55,779 nt of DNA, from contig VAWS01000060.1 of assembly GCA_005884515.1 (NCBI GenBank), positions 1 through 55,779 of the forward strand, given 5' to 3'. Numbering within the stretch: the first letter of the stretch is position 1; each line of letters begins with the position of its first letter. A model generated the notes under the pieces. That model was not told the origin of the DNA. It was given only the letters and a program-made list of their open reading frames with translations, and did no database searches. This stretch comes from Actinomycetota bacterium (GTDB lineage Bacteria; Actinomycetota; AC-67). Position numbers and translations under genes: made by a program. Shown here one piece after another: positions 35,512 through 44,608 of the stretch.

Positions 35512-35903
35512 GACTTCGTCCTCAATGAGATGACGTATTCGGCGACTGCTCGTATCTGAGCGTCGCTGAACGGACCGTGTTTCCCCTTCGAGTAAGCCGG
35601 CATGAAGAACGGCTTGCCGTTCGCTACCTTCGCCTCGATCTGTGCCAAGGTCAGCGTCGTCGCTTCTCCGGACCGAAGCGGCGGCGCATCCGCGGTACCT
35701 CCTTCGCCGCGGGCGCCGTGGCACCCGATACATGTCGATTGATAAAGCGTCATCCCGTCGGTCGTCGTAAGGGCTTTGTGCTTCAAAAATGGGCATTGGT
35801 TCGCGCCCACCGCGCACCCGATCCCGACCAGCGCCACAGTACCGACGCCGAAGAGCACGACGAAGACGAGCACCCAGACCTTGATGGAGCCCGCATCGTT
35901 CAT
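35508..35903 (-). CDS. membrane-anchored monohaem c-type cytochrome
   Basis: 131 aa. N-terminal TM segment (VWVLVFVVLFGVGTVALVGIG), haem motif CIGCHG, and a distal Met context KPFFMPAY. ATGA overlap with argD. Confidence 0.8.
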   Translation of the reverse strand: MNDAGSIKVWVLVFVVLFGVGTVALVGIGCAVGANQCPFLKHKALTTTDGMTLYQSTCIGCHGARGEGGTADAPPLRSGEATTLTLAQIEAKVANGKPFFMPAYSKGKHGPFSDAQIRAVAEYVISLRTKS

Positions 35904-37105
35904 GACGCGTCACCGTACTCGGAAAGGATGCCTGTCAGGATCTCGACGGCCTGCTCGATCTGATCGTCTGAGACGATCAGCGGGGGCGCCAGGCGCACCG
36001 CGTTCGGCGCCACGTTGTTGACCACCAATCCCTTCGCAAGGGCTTTGACCACGATCTCCGCAGCCCAGTCTCCGCCAAGCTCGATCGCGATCAGCAATCC
36101 GAGGCCGCGGATCTCGCGGACGGCCCCGTTCCCTTCGGTTGCCGCGGACAGCCTGCCGATTAGCTTCTCGCCCGCTTCGGCCGCGCGCGCGACCAGTCCT
36201 TCGCTTTCGATAACGTCGAGCACCGCATTCGCGGCCGCACAGGGCACGGGCCCGCCGCCGAACGTGGTCGCGTGGTCGCCCGGCTTGAACGCGTCCGCCA
36301 CGTCCTCGCGCGCGATGCACGCACCGATGGGCAGTCCCCCGCCGAGCGCCTTCGCGAGCGTGACGATGTCCGGCGCGATGTCGTAGTGCTGGAACGCGAA
36401 CCATTTCCCCGTCCGGCCGAGCCCCGTCTGCACCTCATCGAAGATGAGCGCGGCGCTGCGCTCTTCGCAGAACTTGCGAGCAGCCTGCAGATACTCGGGC
36501 GTCGCGAGCCGCACCCCACCTTCCCCTTGAACGACTTCGAGCATCACGGCGGTCGTGTCGTCGCCGACCGCTTGGTCGAGAGCCTCTTCGTCGTTGAGGG
36601 AGACGTACGTGAACCATGCCGGGAGCGGCGCGAACGGCTCGTGTTTGTGGGGCTGTCCCGTCGCAGCGAGCGTTGTGAACGTGCGGCCGTGGAAGGAACC
36701 CAGCGCAACGACGACGCCGGAACGATCGGCCGCGCCGCGCGCGCGCGCCCATCGCCTGGCGAGCTTCAGTGCGCACTCGTTAGCCTCTGCACCGGAGTTG
36801 GAGAAGAAGACCTTTCCCCACCCCAGAAGGTCGTGCAGCCGCTCGGCCAGGATCGCCTGCGGCTCGGTGTAGAAGAGGTTGGAGACGTGCGTGAGCGTAC
36901 CGGCCTGCTCGCGGATCGCTTCGACGACCTTGGGGTGCGAATGTCCGACGCTCATCACTGCGATGCCGGCCAGGAAGTCGAGGTATTGCTTGCCCTCGGT
37001 GTCCCACAGCAGCGCGCCTTCGCCTCGGACGAAGGCCACGGGCAGCCGCCCGTACACGTTCATGTGGTACCGGGAGTCGAGCGCCCTGATCTGCTCGAGG
37101 TTCAT
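35900..37105 (-). CDS. argD: acetylornithine aminotransferase
   Basis: 401 aa, class III aminotransferase. Contains SGAEANE, DEVQTGLGRTG and TLAKALGGGLP (PLP Lys). Confidence 0.92.
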   Translation of the reverse strand: MNLEQIRALDSRYHMNVYGRLPVAFVRGEGALLWDTEGKQYLDFLAGIAVMSVGHSHPKVVEAIREQAGTLTHVSNLFYTEPQAILAERLHDLLGWGKVFFSNSGAEANECALKLARRWARARGAADRSGVVVALGSFHGRTFTTLAATGQPHKHEPFAPLPAWFTYVSLNDEEALDQAVGDDTTAVMLEVVQGEGGVRLATPEYLQAARKFCEERSAALIFDEVQTGLGRTGKWFAFQHYDIAPDIVTLAKALGGGLPIGACIAREDVADAFKPGDHATTFGGGPVPCAAANAVLDVIESEGLVARAAEAGEKLIGRLSAATEGNGAVREIRGLGLLIAIELGGDWAAEIVVKALAKGLVVNNVAPNAVRLAPPLIVSDDQIEQAVEILTGILSEYGDAS

Positions 37106-37914
37106 GCCGTCACCATCGTTCCCACGCCTTGGTCGGTGAATATCTCTAAGAGCAGCGCGTGTTCCGCTCGCCCGTCCAAGATCGTCACCCGCGGGACGCC
37201 GCCTTTGATCGCGCGCAGCGCAGCGTCGACCTTCGGGAGCATGCCGGCCGTCAGGACGCCGTCGGACCGGAGACGCTCCACGCCGTCGGCGCTCACCTGC
37301 GTCAGAAGGGACCCCGATCCGTCCATGATCCCGTTCACGTTCGTGAGGAAGACGAGCTTCTCCGCGCCGAGCGCTTCCGCGATCGCAGCCGCGACCTCAT
37401 CGGCGTTCACGTTGTAGGCCTGACCGTTCTCGTCGACGCCTAGCGTCGCGATCACGGGGATGAAGTCGCGCAGGAGGTCGGTGACGATCCGAGGGTTCAC
37501 CTGCTCCACGTCGCCGACGAAACCGAGGTCGGTGGAGCCGATCTTCTTCCGCACGCGTACGAGCGCGCCGTCCTCTCCGGACAAGCCCGCGGCCAACGAA
37601 CCATGCCGGTTGATCAATGCGACGATGTCCTTGTTGATCACGCCGGCAAGCACCATGCGCACGACTTCAAGGTCCGCCGCCGTCGTTACCCGGTATCCGT
37701 CGACGAAGGTTGCTTTGCCGCCGAGCTTCTCGATATGCGCGGTCACTTGCGGCCCACCACCGTGCACAACCACTGGGTTCATGCCGACGTACCGCATCAG
37801 GACGATGTCGTTCGCGAACGACTCCGCCAGCGCTGGATCTTCCATCGCCGCCCCGCCGTACTTCACGACAACCGTGCGCCCGTAGTAACGCTTGATGTAC
37901 GGAAGCGCCTCCAT
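37102..37914 (-). CDS. argB: acetylglutamate kinase (short N-terminus)
   Basis: MEALPYIKRYYGRTVVVKYGGAAM...VVHGGGPQ. The only start is ATG at 37914. The residues usually preceding EALPY are readable upstream (AAKSRIL) but have no start codon. Confidence 0.88.
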   Translation of the reverse strand: MEALPYIKRYYGRTVVVKYGGAAMEDPALAESFANDIVLMRYVGMNPVVVHGGGPQVTAHIEKLGGKATFVDGYRVTTAADLEVVRMVLAGVINKDIVALINRHGSLAAGLSGEDGALVRVRKKIGSTDLGFVGDVEQVNPRIVTDLLRDFIPVIATLGVDENGQAYNVNADEVAAAIAEALGAEKLVFLTNVNGIMDGSGSLLTQVSADGVERLRSDGVLTAGMLPKVDAALRAIKGGVPRVTILDGRAEHALLLEIFTDQGVGTMVTA

Positions 37915-39025
37915 GAGGATGCGAGACTTCGCCGCGCTTCATCCCGATCCGAACTTCGACGTCACGGTCGAGGAGGGCCGCGCGCGCCTTCGCAGCGTCG
38001 CCGGGACCCGGCGCGCCGTTCTGGCACAGGAGCTGACCGCCGAGCCAGACGTCTACCACGTTGGGATCGAACGGGATCCCCGACGTTCCGAGCGCGGCGA
38101 GCACACGGCCCCAGTTCGGGTCGGCCCCGTTCAGCGCGCACCGCAGAAGGACGGAATCGGCGACGGTCCCAGCCGCGCGCCGCGCCTCGCGCACGTTCGT
38201 TGCACCCTCAACGACGATCGACACGACCTTCGTCGCGCCTTCGCCGTCCTCGACGATCTGCCTCGCCAGCGATGCACACACCTCGCCCAATGCATCCTTG
38301 AATGCGCCCGCTTGGGGGTGTTCGGCGCCGATCGGGTCGCCTCCGGCTGCGCCGTTCGCAAGCACGAGCAGCGTGTCGTTCGTCGAACGGCACCCATCGA
38401 CGCTGATCGCGTTGAACGAATCCGCGGTCGTTTCGCGCAGGGTCTCCACGAGGAACCCGTGTTCGACCGGCGCGTCGGTCACGACAAACGCCAGCAGCGT
38501 CGCCATCTCGGGCGCGATCATCCCTGCGCCTTTCGCGAACCCGGCGATGATCGCGGACCCAAGTACGGCCTCGGCGATCTTCGGGCGCGTGTCCGTCGTC
38601 ATGATCGAAGCAGCGAAGTCTCCGGCGCCGTCGGACGAGAGCGCTTTGGTCGCCGCTTCGATCCCCTCGCGTACCTTCGTCATATCGAGCGGCACCCCGA
38701 TGATGCCCGTGGAGTTCACGAGCACGTTCTCCTTCTTGATCGCCAGGCCGCGCGCGGCGTGCTCGGCCATCGAACGTGCATCGGCGTACCCCTGCTTCCC
38801 GGTGCACGCGTTCGCATTCCCTGCGTTGACCACGATCGCTCGCGCTTTGCTGCGCCGGATATGGCGCCGCGTCAGCTGCACCGGAGCGGCTTGGACGCGG
38901 TTCGTGGTGAAGACCCCTGCCGCGGTCGCCGGCCGATCGGAAACGATCATCCCGAGATCCGGGTTCCCGCTCGGCTTCAAGCCGCACGCGACGCCGGACG
39001 CGCTGAAGCCTTCCGGAAGCTTCAC
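37667..39025 (-). CDS. argJ: glutamate N-acetyltransferase / amino-acid acetyltransferase ArgJ with an aberrant 3' end
   Basis: GTG at 39025 (GTGA overlap with argC). Contains NANACTG, the autoprocessing site MATLLAFVVTD, and ISVDGCRSTND. After ...DVEVRIGMKRGE the conserved C-terminal ~20 aa are missing. The frame then runs 250 nt into argB with no stop. Confidence 0.8.
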   Translation of the reverse strand: MKLPEGFSASGVACGLKPSGNPDLGMIVSDRPATAAGVFTTNRVQAAPVQLTRRHIRRSKARAIVVNAGNANACTGKQGYADARSMAEHAARGLAIKKENVLVNSTGIIGVPLDMTKVREGIEAATKALSSDGAGDFAASIMTTDTRPKIAEAVLGSAIIAGFAKGAGMIAPEMATLLAFVVTDAPVEHGFLVETLRETTADSFNAISVDGCRSTNDTLLVLANGAAGGDPIGAEHPQAGAFKDALGEVCASLARQIVEDGEGATKVVSIVVEGATNVREARRAAGTVADSVLLRCALNGADPNWGRVLAALGTSGIPFDPNVVDVWLGGQLLCQNGAPGPGDAAKARAALLDRDVEVRIGMKRGEVSHPHGGASVHQALLRAHGCREVRRGGDGRSSAGGVVRERHRPDAVRRHEPSGCARWWAASDRAYREARRQSNLRRRIPGNDGGGP

Positions 39026-40044
39026 GGGTAGAGCCCTCCCCCGGTGAGCCCTTCGTCTTCAGGCAAGCCGAGCACCAGGTTCGCGTTCTGGAGCGCTTGC
39101 CCGGCGGCTCCCTTGCCGAGGTTGTCGATCGCGGAAACCGCGATGATCCGGCCGGTGCGCTCGTCGCGGGAGTATCCGAGCAGGCACTGGTTCGAGCCGA
39201 GCGTGTACTTCGTCTCCGGCATCGAGTCGGCGAGGACCCGAACGAACGGCTCGCCCGCGTACAGCGCGCGCGCGGCCTCTGCGGGATCGCCGTCGCTCGT
39301 TGCGTCGGCGATGCACGTTGCGAGCAGCCCGCGAGGCATCGGTACGAGGTGAGGGACGAACGTGATCTTGATCGATGCGCCGGCAAGCGAACCGAGCTCT
39401 TGCTCGATCTCCGGCGTGTGCTTGTGGGTCGGCAGGCCGTACGCCTTGAAGTTCGCGTCGACGTGGGAGAAATGAACGCCGTTCGTCAGCTTGCGGCCGG
39501 CTCCCGAAACGCCCGACGCTGCGCTTACCACGATCGTGGTCGGATCGATCAGCCCGGCCTTCACCAGCGGGGCGAGCGCGAGGATCGCGGCCGTCGGGTA
39601 GCAACCGGGGTTCGCGATCGCGCGCGCCGTCTTGATCTCGTCGCGGTGCAGCTCGGGCAAGCCGTACGTCCAGTCCGGGAGGGTCTCCGGCGCGGTGTGC
39701 TCTTGGCCGAACCACTCCGGATAGAGCGCGGCGTCCTTCAGCCGGAAGTCGGCCGACAGGTCGATCACGGCGACGCCTGCCTTGGCGAGGCGCGCGCCGA
39801 TCTCCATCGAGGCTCCGTGCGGCAGCGCCAGGAATGCGACGTCGACGTCTTCGAGGGAAACCGGATCGAGCTCCGAGTATGTGAGTTCAGTCCGCAGGTT
39901 CGGGTAGACGTCTGCGACCCTCCGGCCCGCGAACTCCCGGGACGTCGCGACGGTCGTCGAGAAGCCGGGGTGGCCTTCGAGCAGCCGAAGGAGCTCGGCG
40001 CCCGTATAGCCGGATGCGCCGGCGACCGCAGCCCGATACGCCAT
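39022..40044 (-). CDS. argC: N-acetyl-gamma-glutamyl-phosphate reductase
   Basis: 340 aa from ATG at 40044, preceded by GGAGGAGGG. Contains GASGYTGAELLRLL and the catalytic ANPGCYPTA. Confidence 0.92.
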   Translation of the reverse strand: MAYRAAVAGASGYTGAELLRLLEGHPGFSTTVATSREFAGRRVADVYPNLRTELTYSELDPVSLEDVDVAFLALPHGASMEIGARLAKAGVAVIDLSADFRLKDAALYPEWFGQEHTAPETLPDWTYGLPELHRDEIKTARAIANPGCYPTAAILALAPLVKAGLIDPTTIVVSAASGVSGAGRKLTNGVHFSHVDANFKAYGLPTHKHTPEIEQELGSLAGASIKITFVPHLVPMPRGLLATCIADATSDGDPAEAARALYAGEPFVRVLADSMPETKYTLGSNQCLLGYSRDERTGRIIAVSAIDNLGKGAAGQALQNANLVLGLPEDEGLTGGGLYP

Positions 40045-40066
40045 GTCCCTCCTCCCCGACGGCTTA

Positions 40067-40097
40067 GGTATACAGGGCGTTGTATATTTATGCAAAC
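40067..40097 (-). promoter_or_regulatory. putative arg operon promoter overlapped by an ARG-box-like palindrome
   Basis: The minus strand reads TTTGCATAAATATACAA. The -35 is TTGCAT (40095-40090), the spacer is 17 nt, and the -10 is TATACC (40072-40067). An AT-rich imperfect palindrome (TTGCATAA/ATATACAA) lies 23-53 nt upstream of the argC ATG. argR is in the same operon. Confidence 0.45.
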
Positions 40098-40100
40098 GGC

Positions 40101-42491
40101 TCAGGCGCGGATCGTCCACCCCGCGGCCCCAGCGGCCCGCGCGATCGCGTCCATGACGGCGTCGGCGTCGGCGTCGGTCAGCGTCCGCTCGGGATCGCGC
40201 AGGGAAAGGGAGAAAGCCAAGCTCATCGTCCCCTCGGGGACCTGCTCGCCTCGGTAGATGTCGAAGAGGTTCAGAAGAACCGGACGCTCCCCCGCCGCTC
40301 GGCTGATCACATCCTCGACCGACCCGATCCGGGTCTCGGCCGGCACAACGATGGCGATGTCGCGCGCGATGCCCGGGAAGCGCGGCGGCGCTTCGGCGAC
40401 GCTGTCGGTGATCTCGGTGAAAAGCGAAACCAGGTCCAGCTCGCACACGACGACACGCCGAGGGAGATCGAACGCCTCTGCGATCGACGGGTCCAGCTCC
40501 ATGAGGGCACCTGCGTGCGCGCGGCCGATCTCGATGGTCGCCGAGCGACCCGGATGCCCCACGCCGCCGCCGTCATTCTCGTTGACGGAGAGGGCCGTCG
40601 CGCCCAGCCCGTCCGTGAGCGTCTGTAGCACACCCTTGCCGTCTAAGAAGTCGAGCTCCCGCGATGGCGCGTACCAGTCCGGCTGCGTCGCGCCGGCCAA
40701 CACGAATGCGATCCGTTCCCGCTCAGCGACGGTGCTCCCCTCGCCCGGTGCAAAGACATTCCCCATCTCGAACAAAACGACGGGGAGCGCGCTTCGCAAC
40801 GAGTTTCGTTGCGCGGCGAGCAAGAGGCCGGGGATCAGCGATGGGCGAAGGATCGACTCATCCTCGGAGAGAGGGTTCGACAGACGCAACCTTCCCCGGA
40901 GGGGATGATCGTTCGCAAGGCCGGCACGATCGGCGAACCACGGCGGCAGGAGGCTGAGCGTCTGTGCTTCGGACAAGCCGGCGCCCAGCAGTAGCTGCCG
41001 CGCTATCCGGCGCCTGCGTTGATGCTCGTTCAGCCCGCCGATCCTGCCGCCGTCCGGCAGGGTCTCGGGGATGTTCTCGTACCCATAGAGACGGCCGATC
41101 TCTTCGACGACGTTCTCTTCGATCACCATGTCCGGCCGCCAGGACGGAGGCGTGACGCGTAACGTCGCCCGGGATGCTTCAACGCGGCACCCCATCGAGC
41201 CGAGCAACCCCGTCATCTCTCCAGCCGTAACGGACGTGCCGAGCAACCCGTTCGCGCGCGCAACGCGCACGCGGATCGGCTTCCGGACGGTCGGCTTCGG
41301 ATAGACGTCGAGCACGCCGCGCGCGACGGTGCCGCCGGCCAGTGAGGCGAGCAGGCCGGCCGCACGCGCCGCGGAAGGCGGCACGTTGTCGACGTCGGCG
41401 CCGTGCTCGAAGCGGACGCTTGCTTCGCTCCGCATCCCCAGACGACGCGCGGTGTGCGCGATGCGACCGGGTGCGAAGAACGCGCTCTCGAGCAAGATGC
41501 GGGTCGTCGTGTGGGATACCTCGGTGTCGGCGCCGCCCATGATCCCGGCGATGGCGACCGGCCGCTCGGCATCGCATATGAGCACGTCCTCTTTCTTCAA
41601 CGCACGCTCCTGGCCATCGAGCGTCGTCATCGTTTCGCCTTTGCGGGCGCGCCGGACGACGACGGCCGCGCCGGCCAGCTTGTCGAGGTCGAACGCGTGC
41701 AAGGGATGGCCCCGCTCCAGCAAGACGTAGTTGGTCACGTCGACCACGTTGGAGATCGGGCGCATCCCCGCCGCCATCAGTCGCCTCCGCATCCACCACG
41801 GCGACGGGCCGATGGTCGCGTTCTCGATCAGCCGCGCGAGGTACCGCGGACAGCCGCGCGCGTCTTCGATCGTGACGGAGGCCAGCGTCGCGACATCCGG
41901 CCCGGTTTCCACCGCGTCGGCGGGCGGAACGGTCAGCGGCAGCTTGTACAAGATGGAAACGTCGCGCGCGACGCCGAGGATCGAGAGGGCGTCGGGGCGG
42001 TTCCCCGTCACGTCGAGGTCGAAGATCACGTCCTCGAGGTCGAGGGCCGAAACGAGGTCTTTCCCGACCGGGGCATCGGGATCCAAGATCATGATCCCGG
42101 CGTGATCGTCCGCGATCTGCAGCTCGCGTGCCGAGCAAAGCATGCCGTCGCTGGTCTCCCCGCGGACCACACGCCGCTCGATATCCATACCGTTTGGAAG
42201 ATGCGCGCCCGGAAGCGCAAGTGGAACACGGTCGCCGACGGAGTAGTTGCGCGCGCCGCAGACGATGTCGCGCTCGGCCGTACCGTCGTTCGCGCGCACG
42301 AGCATGAGGTTGTCGGCGTTCGGATGCTCGCGGACGGCGCGCACCTCGCCGACGACCACACCGCTGATGCCGCTGCCGATGCGGATCACCTCGTCGACCT
42401 TCAATCCGAACATCGACAGCTTGGTCGCCATCGCATCCGGGTCGTCGTCGACCGGCGTGAACTCGCGGAGCCACGAGAGAGGAACGCGCAT
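40101..42491 (-). CDS. pheT: phenylalanine--tRNA ligase beta subunit
   Basis: 796 aa from ATG at 42491 (ATGA overlap with pheS). Begins MRVPLSWLREF, with tRNA-binding, B3/4, B5 and FDX-ACB domain patterns. Confidence 0.93.
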   Translation of the reverse strand: MRVPLSWLREFTPVDDDPDAMATKLSMFGLKVDEVIRIGSGISGVVVGEVRAVREHPNADNLMLVRANDGTAERDIVCGARNYSVGDRVPLALPGAHLPNGMDIERRVVRGETSDGMLCSARELQIADDHAGIMILDPDAPVGKDLVSALDLEDVIFDLDVTGNRPDALSILGVARDVSILYKLPLTVPPADAVETGPDVATLASVTIEDARGCPRYLARLIENATIGPSPWWMRRRLMAAGMRPISNVVDVTNYVLLERGHPLHAFDLDKLAGAAVVVRRARKGETMTTLDGQERALKKEDVLICDAERPVAIAGIMGGADTEVSHTTTRILLESAFFAPGRIAHTARRLGMRSEASVRFEHGADVDNVPPSAARAAGLLASLAGGTVARGVLDVYPKPTVRKPIRVRVARANGLLGTSVTAGEMTGLLGSMGCRVEASRATLRVTPPSWRPDMVIEENVVEEIGRLYGYENIPETLPDGGRIGGLNEHQRRRRIARQLLLGAGLSEAQTLSLLPPWFADRAGLANDHPLRGRLRLSNPLSEDESILRPSLIPGLLLAAQRNSLRSALPVVLFEMGNVFAPGEGSTVAERERIAFVLAGATQPDWYAPSRELDFLDGKGVLQTLTDGLGATALSVNENDGGGVGHPGRSATIEIGRAHAGALMELDPSIAEAFDLPRRVVVCELDLVSLFTEITDSVAEAPPRFPGIARDIAIVVPAETRIGSVEDVISRAAGERPVLLNLFDIYRGEQVPEGTMSLAFSLSLRDPERTLTDADADAVMDAIARAAGAAGWTIRA

Positions 42492-43528
42492 CAGGCGTGG
42501 AACCCCGCGAGGAAGCGCTGGTCGTTCTCGTAGAACCACCGGATGTCGCGCACGCCGAGGGCACGCATCGCGACCCGCTCGGTCCCCAGCCCGAAGGCGA
42601 ACCCGGACCAGACCTCCGGATCCCAGCCGACGGCCTTCAGGACGTTCGGGTGAACCAAGCCGGCGCCCATGATCTCGAGCCAGCCGCTGTGGCCACACGC
42701 GGAACAGCCGGCGCCCTCGCAGTTCATGCAAAGCACGTCGACCTCGGCGGACGGCTCGGTGAACTGGAAGTACGACGGCCGGAACCGTACGCGCTGGCGC
42801 GGCCCGAACAGCTCGCGCGCGAACGCGGCCAGTGTTCCTTTGAGGTCCGCAAACGAAAGACCTTTGTCGACGGCGAGCCCTTCGATCTGCTGGAAGACGG
42901 GCGAGTGTGTCGCGTCGAACGGGTCCCGCCGGTACACGCGCCCCGGCACGACGACGTAGATCGGTGGATCCTGCGCTTGCATCGCGCGTACCTGCACAGG
43001 CGAGGTGTGCGTGCGCATCACCAGATCCGTACCGTCGACGTACATCGTGTCCTGCATCGAGCGCGCCGGATGGTCCGGGGGGATGTTGAGCGCTTGGAAG
43101 TTGTACCAATCGGTCTCGACCTCGGGGCCTTCGGCGACACGGAAGCCCATCCCAATGAAGATGTCGACGATCCGGTCGGCCATCAACGTGAGCGGATGCG
43201 GATGGCCGATCTCTCTCTTGCGGCCCGGCGCGCTGACGTCGATCCGGTCACGTGCCAGCATCGCGGCCTGTTCGTCGGCGGCAAGCTCGCTTTCGCGCGC
43301 AGCGAGCGCCGACTCGATCGTCTCGCGCGCCTCGTTCAGAAGCCTGCCGATCTCGCGACGATCGTCCTCGGACAGCGAGCCCATCTCCGCGCGCACGCGC
43401 GACATCGGCGCTTTCCGTCCGAGCGCGCGCACACGCACCTCACGCAGATCGGCGAGCGTGGCGGCCGCGTGCGCCTCGTCGAGGGCGGTTCGCGTTGCCT
43501 CGGCGATCAGCGTTGCGGTTTCGGTCAC
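42491..43528 (-). CDS. pheS: phenylalanine--tRNA ligase alpha subunit
   Basis: 345 aa from GTG at 43528. Contains HPLTLM, IPPDHPARSMQDT, RTHTSPVQ, FRPSYFQFTEPS and GFAFGLGTERV. Confidence 0.92.
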   Translation of the reverse strand: MTETATLIAEATRTALDEAHAAATLADLREVRVRALGRKAPMSRVRAEMGSLSEDDRREIGRLLNEARETIESALAARESELAADEQAAMLARDRIDVSAPGRKREIGHPHPLTLMADRIVDIFIGMGFRVAEGPEVETDWYNFQALNIPPDHPARSMQDTMYVDGTDLVMRTHTSPVQVRAMQAQDPPIYVVVPGRVYRRDPFDATHSPVFQQIEGLAVDKGLSFADLKGTLAAFARELFGPRQRVRFRPSYFQFTEPSAEVDVLCMNCEGAGCSACGHSGWLEIMGAGLVHPNVLKAVGWDPEVWSGFAFGLGTERVAMRALGVRDIRWFYENDQRFLAGFHA

Positions 43529-44574
43529 ATCTCCTCCAGCGGCAAGGTGAACGCGAACACCGTACCGCTCGGATCCGTGTGCTCGATGGATATCTGACCG
43601 CCGTGCGCTTCGATGATGCCTTTGCAGATGTAGAGGCCGAGGCCCGTGCCCGCGTGCCGCTGGCCGGTGCCGCGCCGGTAGAACTTGGTGAAGACGTAGG
43701 GAACGTGATGCCGGTCGATCCCAGGCCCAGAGTCGCTCACACGCACCGTGACGCGCGCGGAGCCGGCCTCTCCGCTCACGACGACGACGCCGGGGTCGCC
43801 GTGCTTGACTGCGTTCTCGACGAGATTGACGAGGACCTGCTCCACCTTGCCCAGATCGGCCGATACCTCCGGGAACCCCTGCGGGAAGTCCGTCTTCAAG
43901 CTGTGCGTGCCGCCGTTCGTCTTCGCGATGCGGTCGACGACCTGGGTAGCCAGGGCCGAAAGGTCGACCAGTTGCCGTTTCAGCTCCAGTCGGCCGGCTT
44001 CGAGACGAGAGAAGTCGAGCAAGTCTTTGAGCAGCCTGTTCATCCGATCGGCGTCCCAGTCGATCGTTTCGAGCATGTCTTGCTTCTGCTTGTCGTTGAA
44101 CTTCTGCCAGTTCCGGCGCAAGGTCGAGGTGAAACCCTTCACCGACGTCAGCGGCGAGCGCAAGTCGTGCGCGAGCGTAGCGATCAAGTCGTAAGCCGAC
44201 ATCTCGCGACGATGACGGCGGCCGATGTCCCTGATCGTTGCGACGACTTCGTCGAGCGTGCCCTCCTTCCATCCGTAGGCGGTGCGAACGGCGACCCACC
44301 GCTCGGTGCCGTCGCGGCAGGTCAGCATGTACTCGCGTTCGGGCGAGCCGGTCGCGAGGCGTGGCGCGACGGTGAACGGGTCGGCTCGCTCGTGGACGAG
44401 GAACCCTGCGGTGTGACGCAGGCGCAGCACCTCTCCGTACGGACGTCCGAGCGCTTCGTCGCGCGACCATCCGGTCAGACGCTCGGCGGCGCGGTTGATC
44501 TGAGAAACCGTACGGTCCGGGCCGATAAGGACGACGCCGTCCGGCAGCCTGTCGAGTATCGTTTCGCCGGTCAT
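43525..44574 (-). CDS. cytoplasmic PAS-domain sensor histidine kinase
   Basis: 349 aa. PAS domain (LPDGVVLIGPDRTVSQINRAAERLTGW), H-box LAHDLRSPL, N-box NLVENAVKH, G-boxes DSGPGI and GTGLGL. No TM segment. Confidence 0.88.
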   Translation of the reverse strand: MTGETILDRLPDGVVLIGPDRTVSQINRAAERLTGWSRDEALGRPYGEVLRLRHTAGFLVHERADPFTVAPRLATGSPEREYMLTCRDGTERWVAVRTAYGWKEGTLDEVVATIRDIGRRHRREMSAYDLIATLAHDLRSPLTSVKGFTSTLRRNWQKFNDKQKQDMLETIDWDADRMNRLLKDLLDFSRLEAGRLELKRQLVDLSALATQVVDRIAKTNGGTHSLKTDFPQGFPEVSADLGKVEQVLVNLVENAVKHGDPGVVVVSGEAGSARVTVRVSDSGPGIDRHHVPYVFTKFYRRGTGQRHAGTGLGLYICKGIIEAHGGQISIEHTDPSGTVFAFTLPLEEM

Positions 44575-44608
44575 CGAGCCCCGCTCGCCCCTCCCGCCCG
44601 GCCTGCCG

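Noticed and set aside
35128-35913. 261-aa track ORF spanning the receiver gene and reaching into the cytochrome c region. The long N-terminal extensions of the track ORFs for pheT (40101-43109), pheS, argC, nadK, argH and the S51 peptidase are similar cases.
   Set aside because: Homology begins only at internal starts that coincide with the upstream gene's stop (ATGA/GTGA). The extensions are off-frame overlaps of neighbouring genes.
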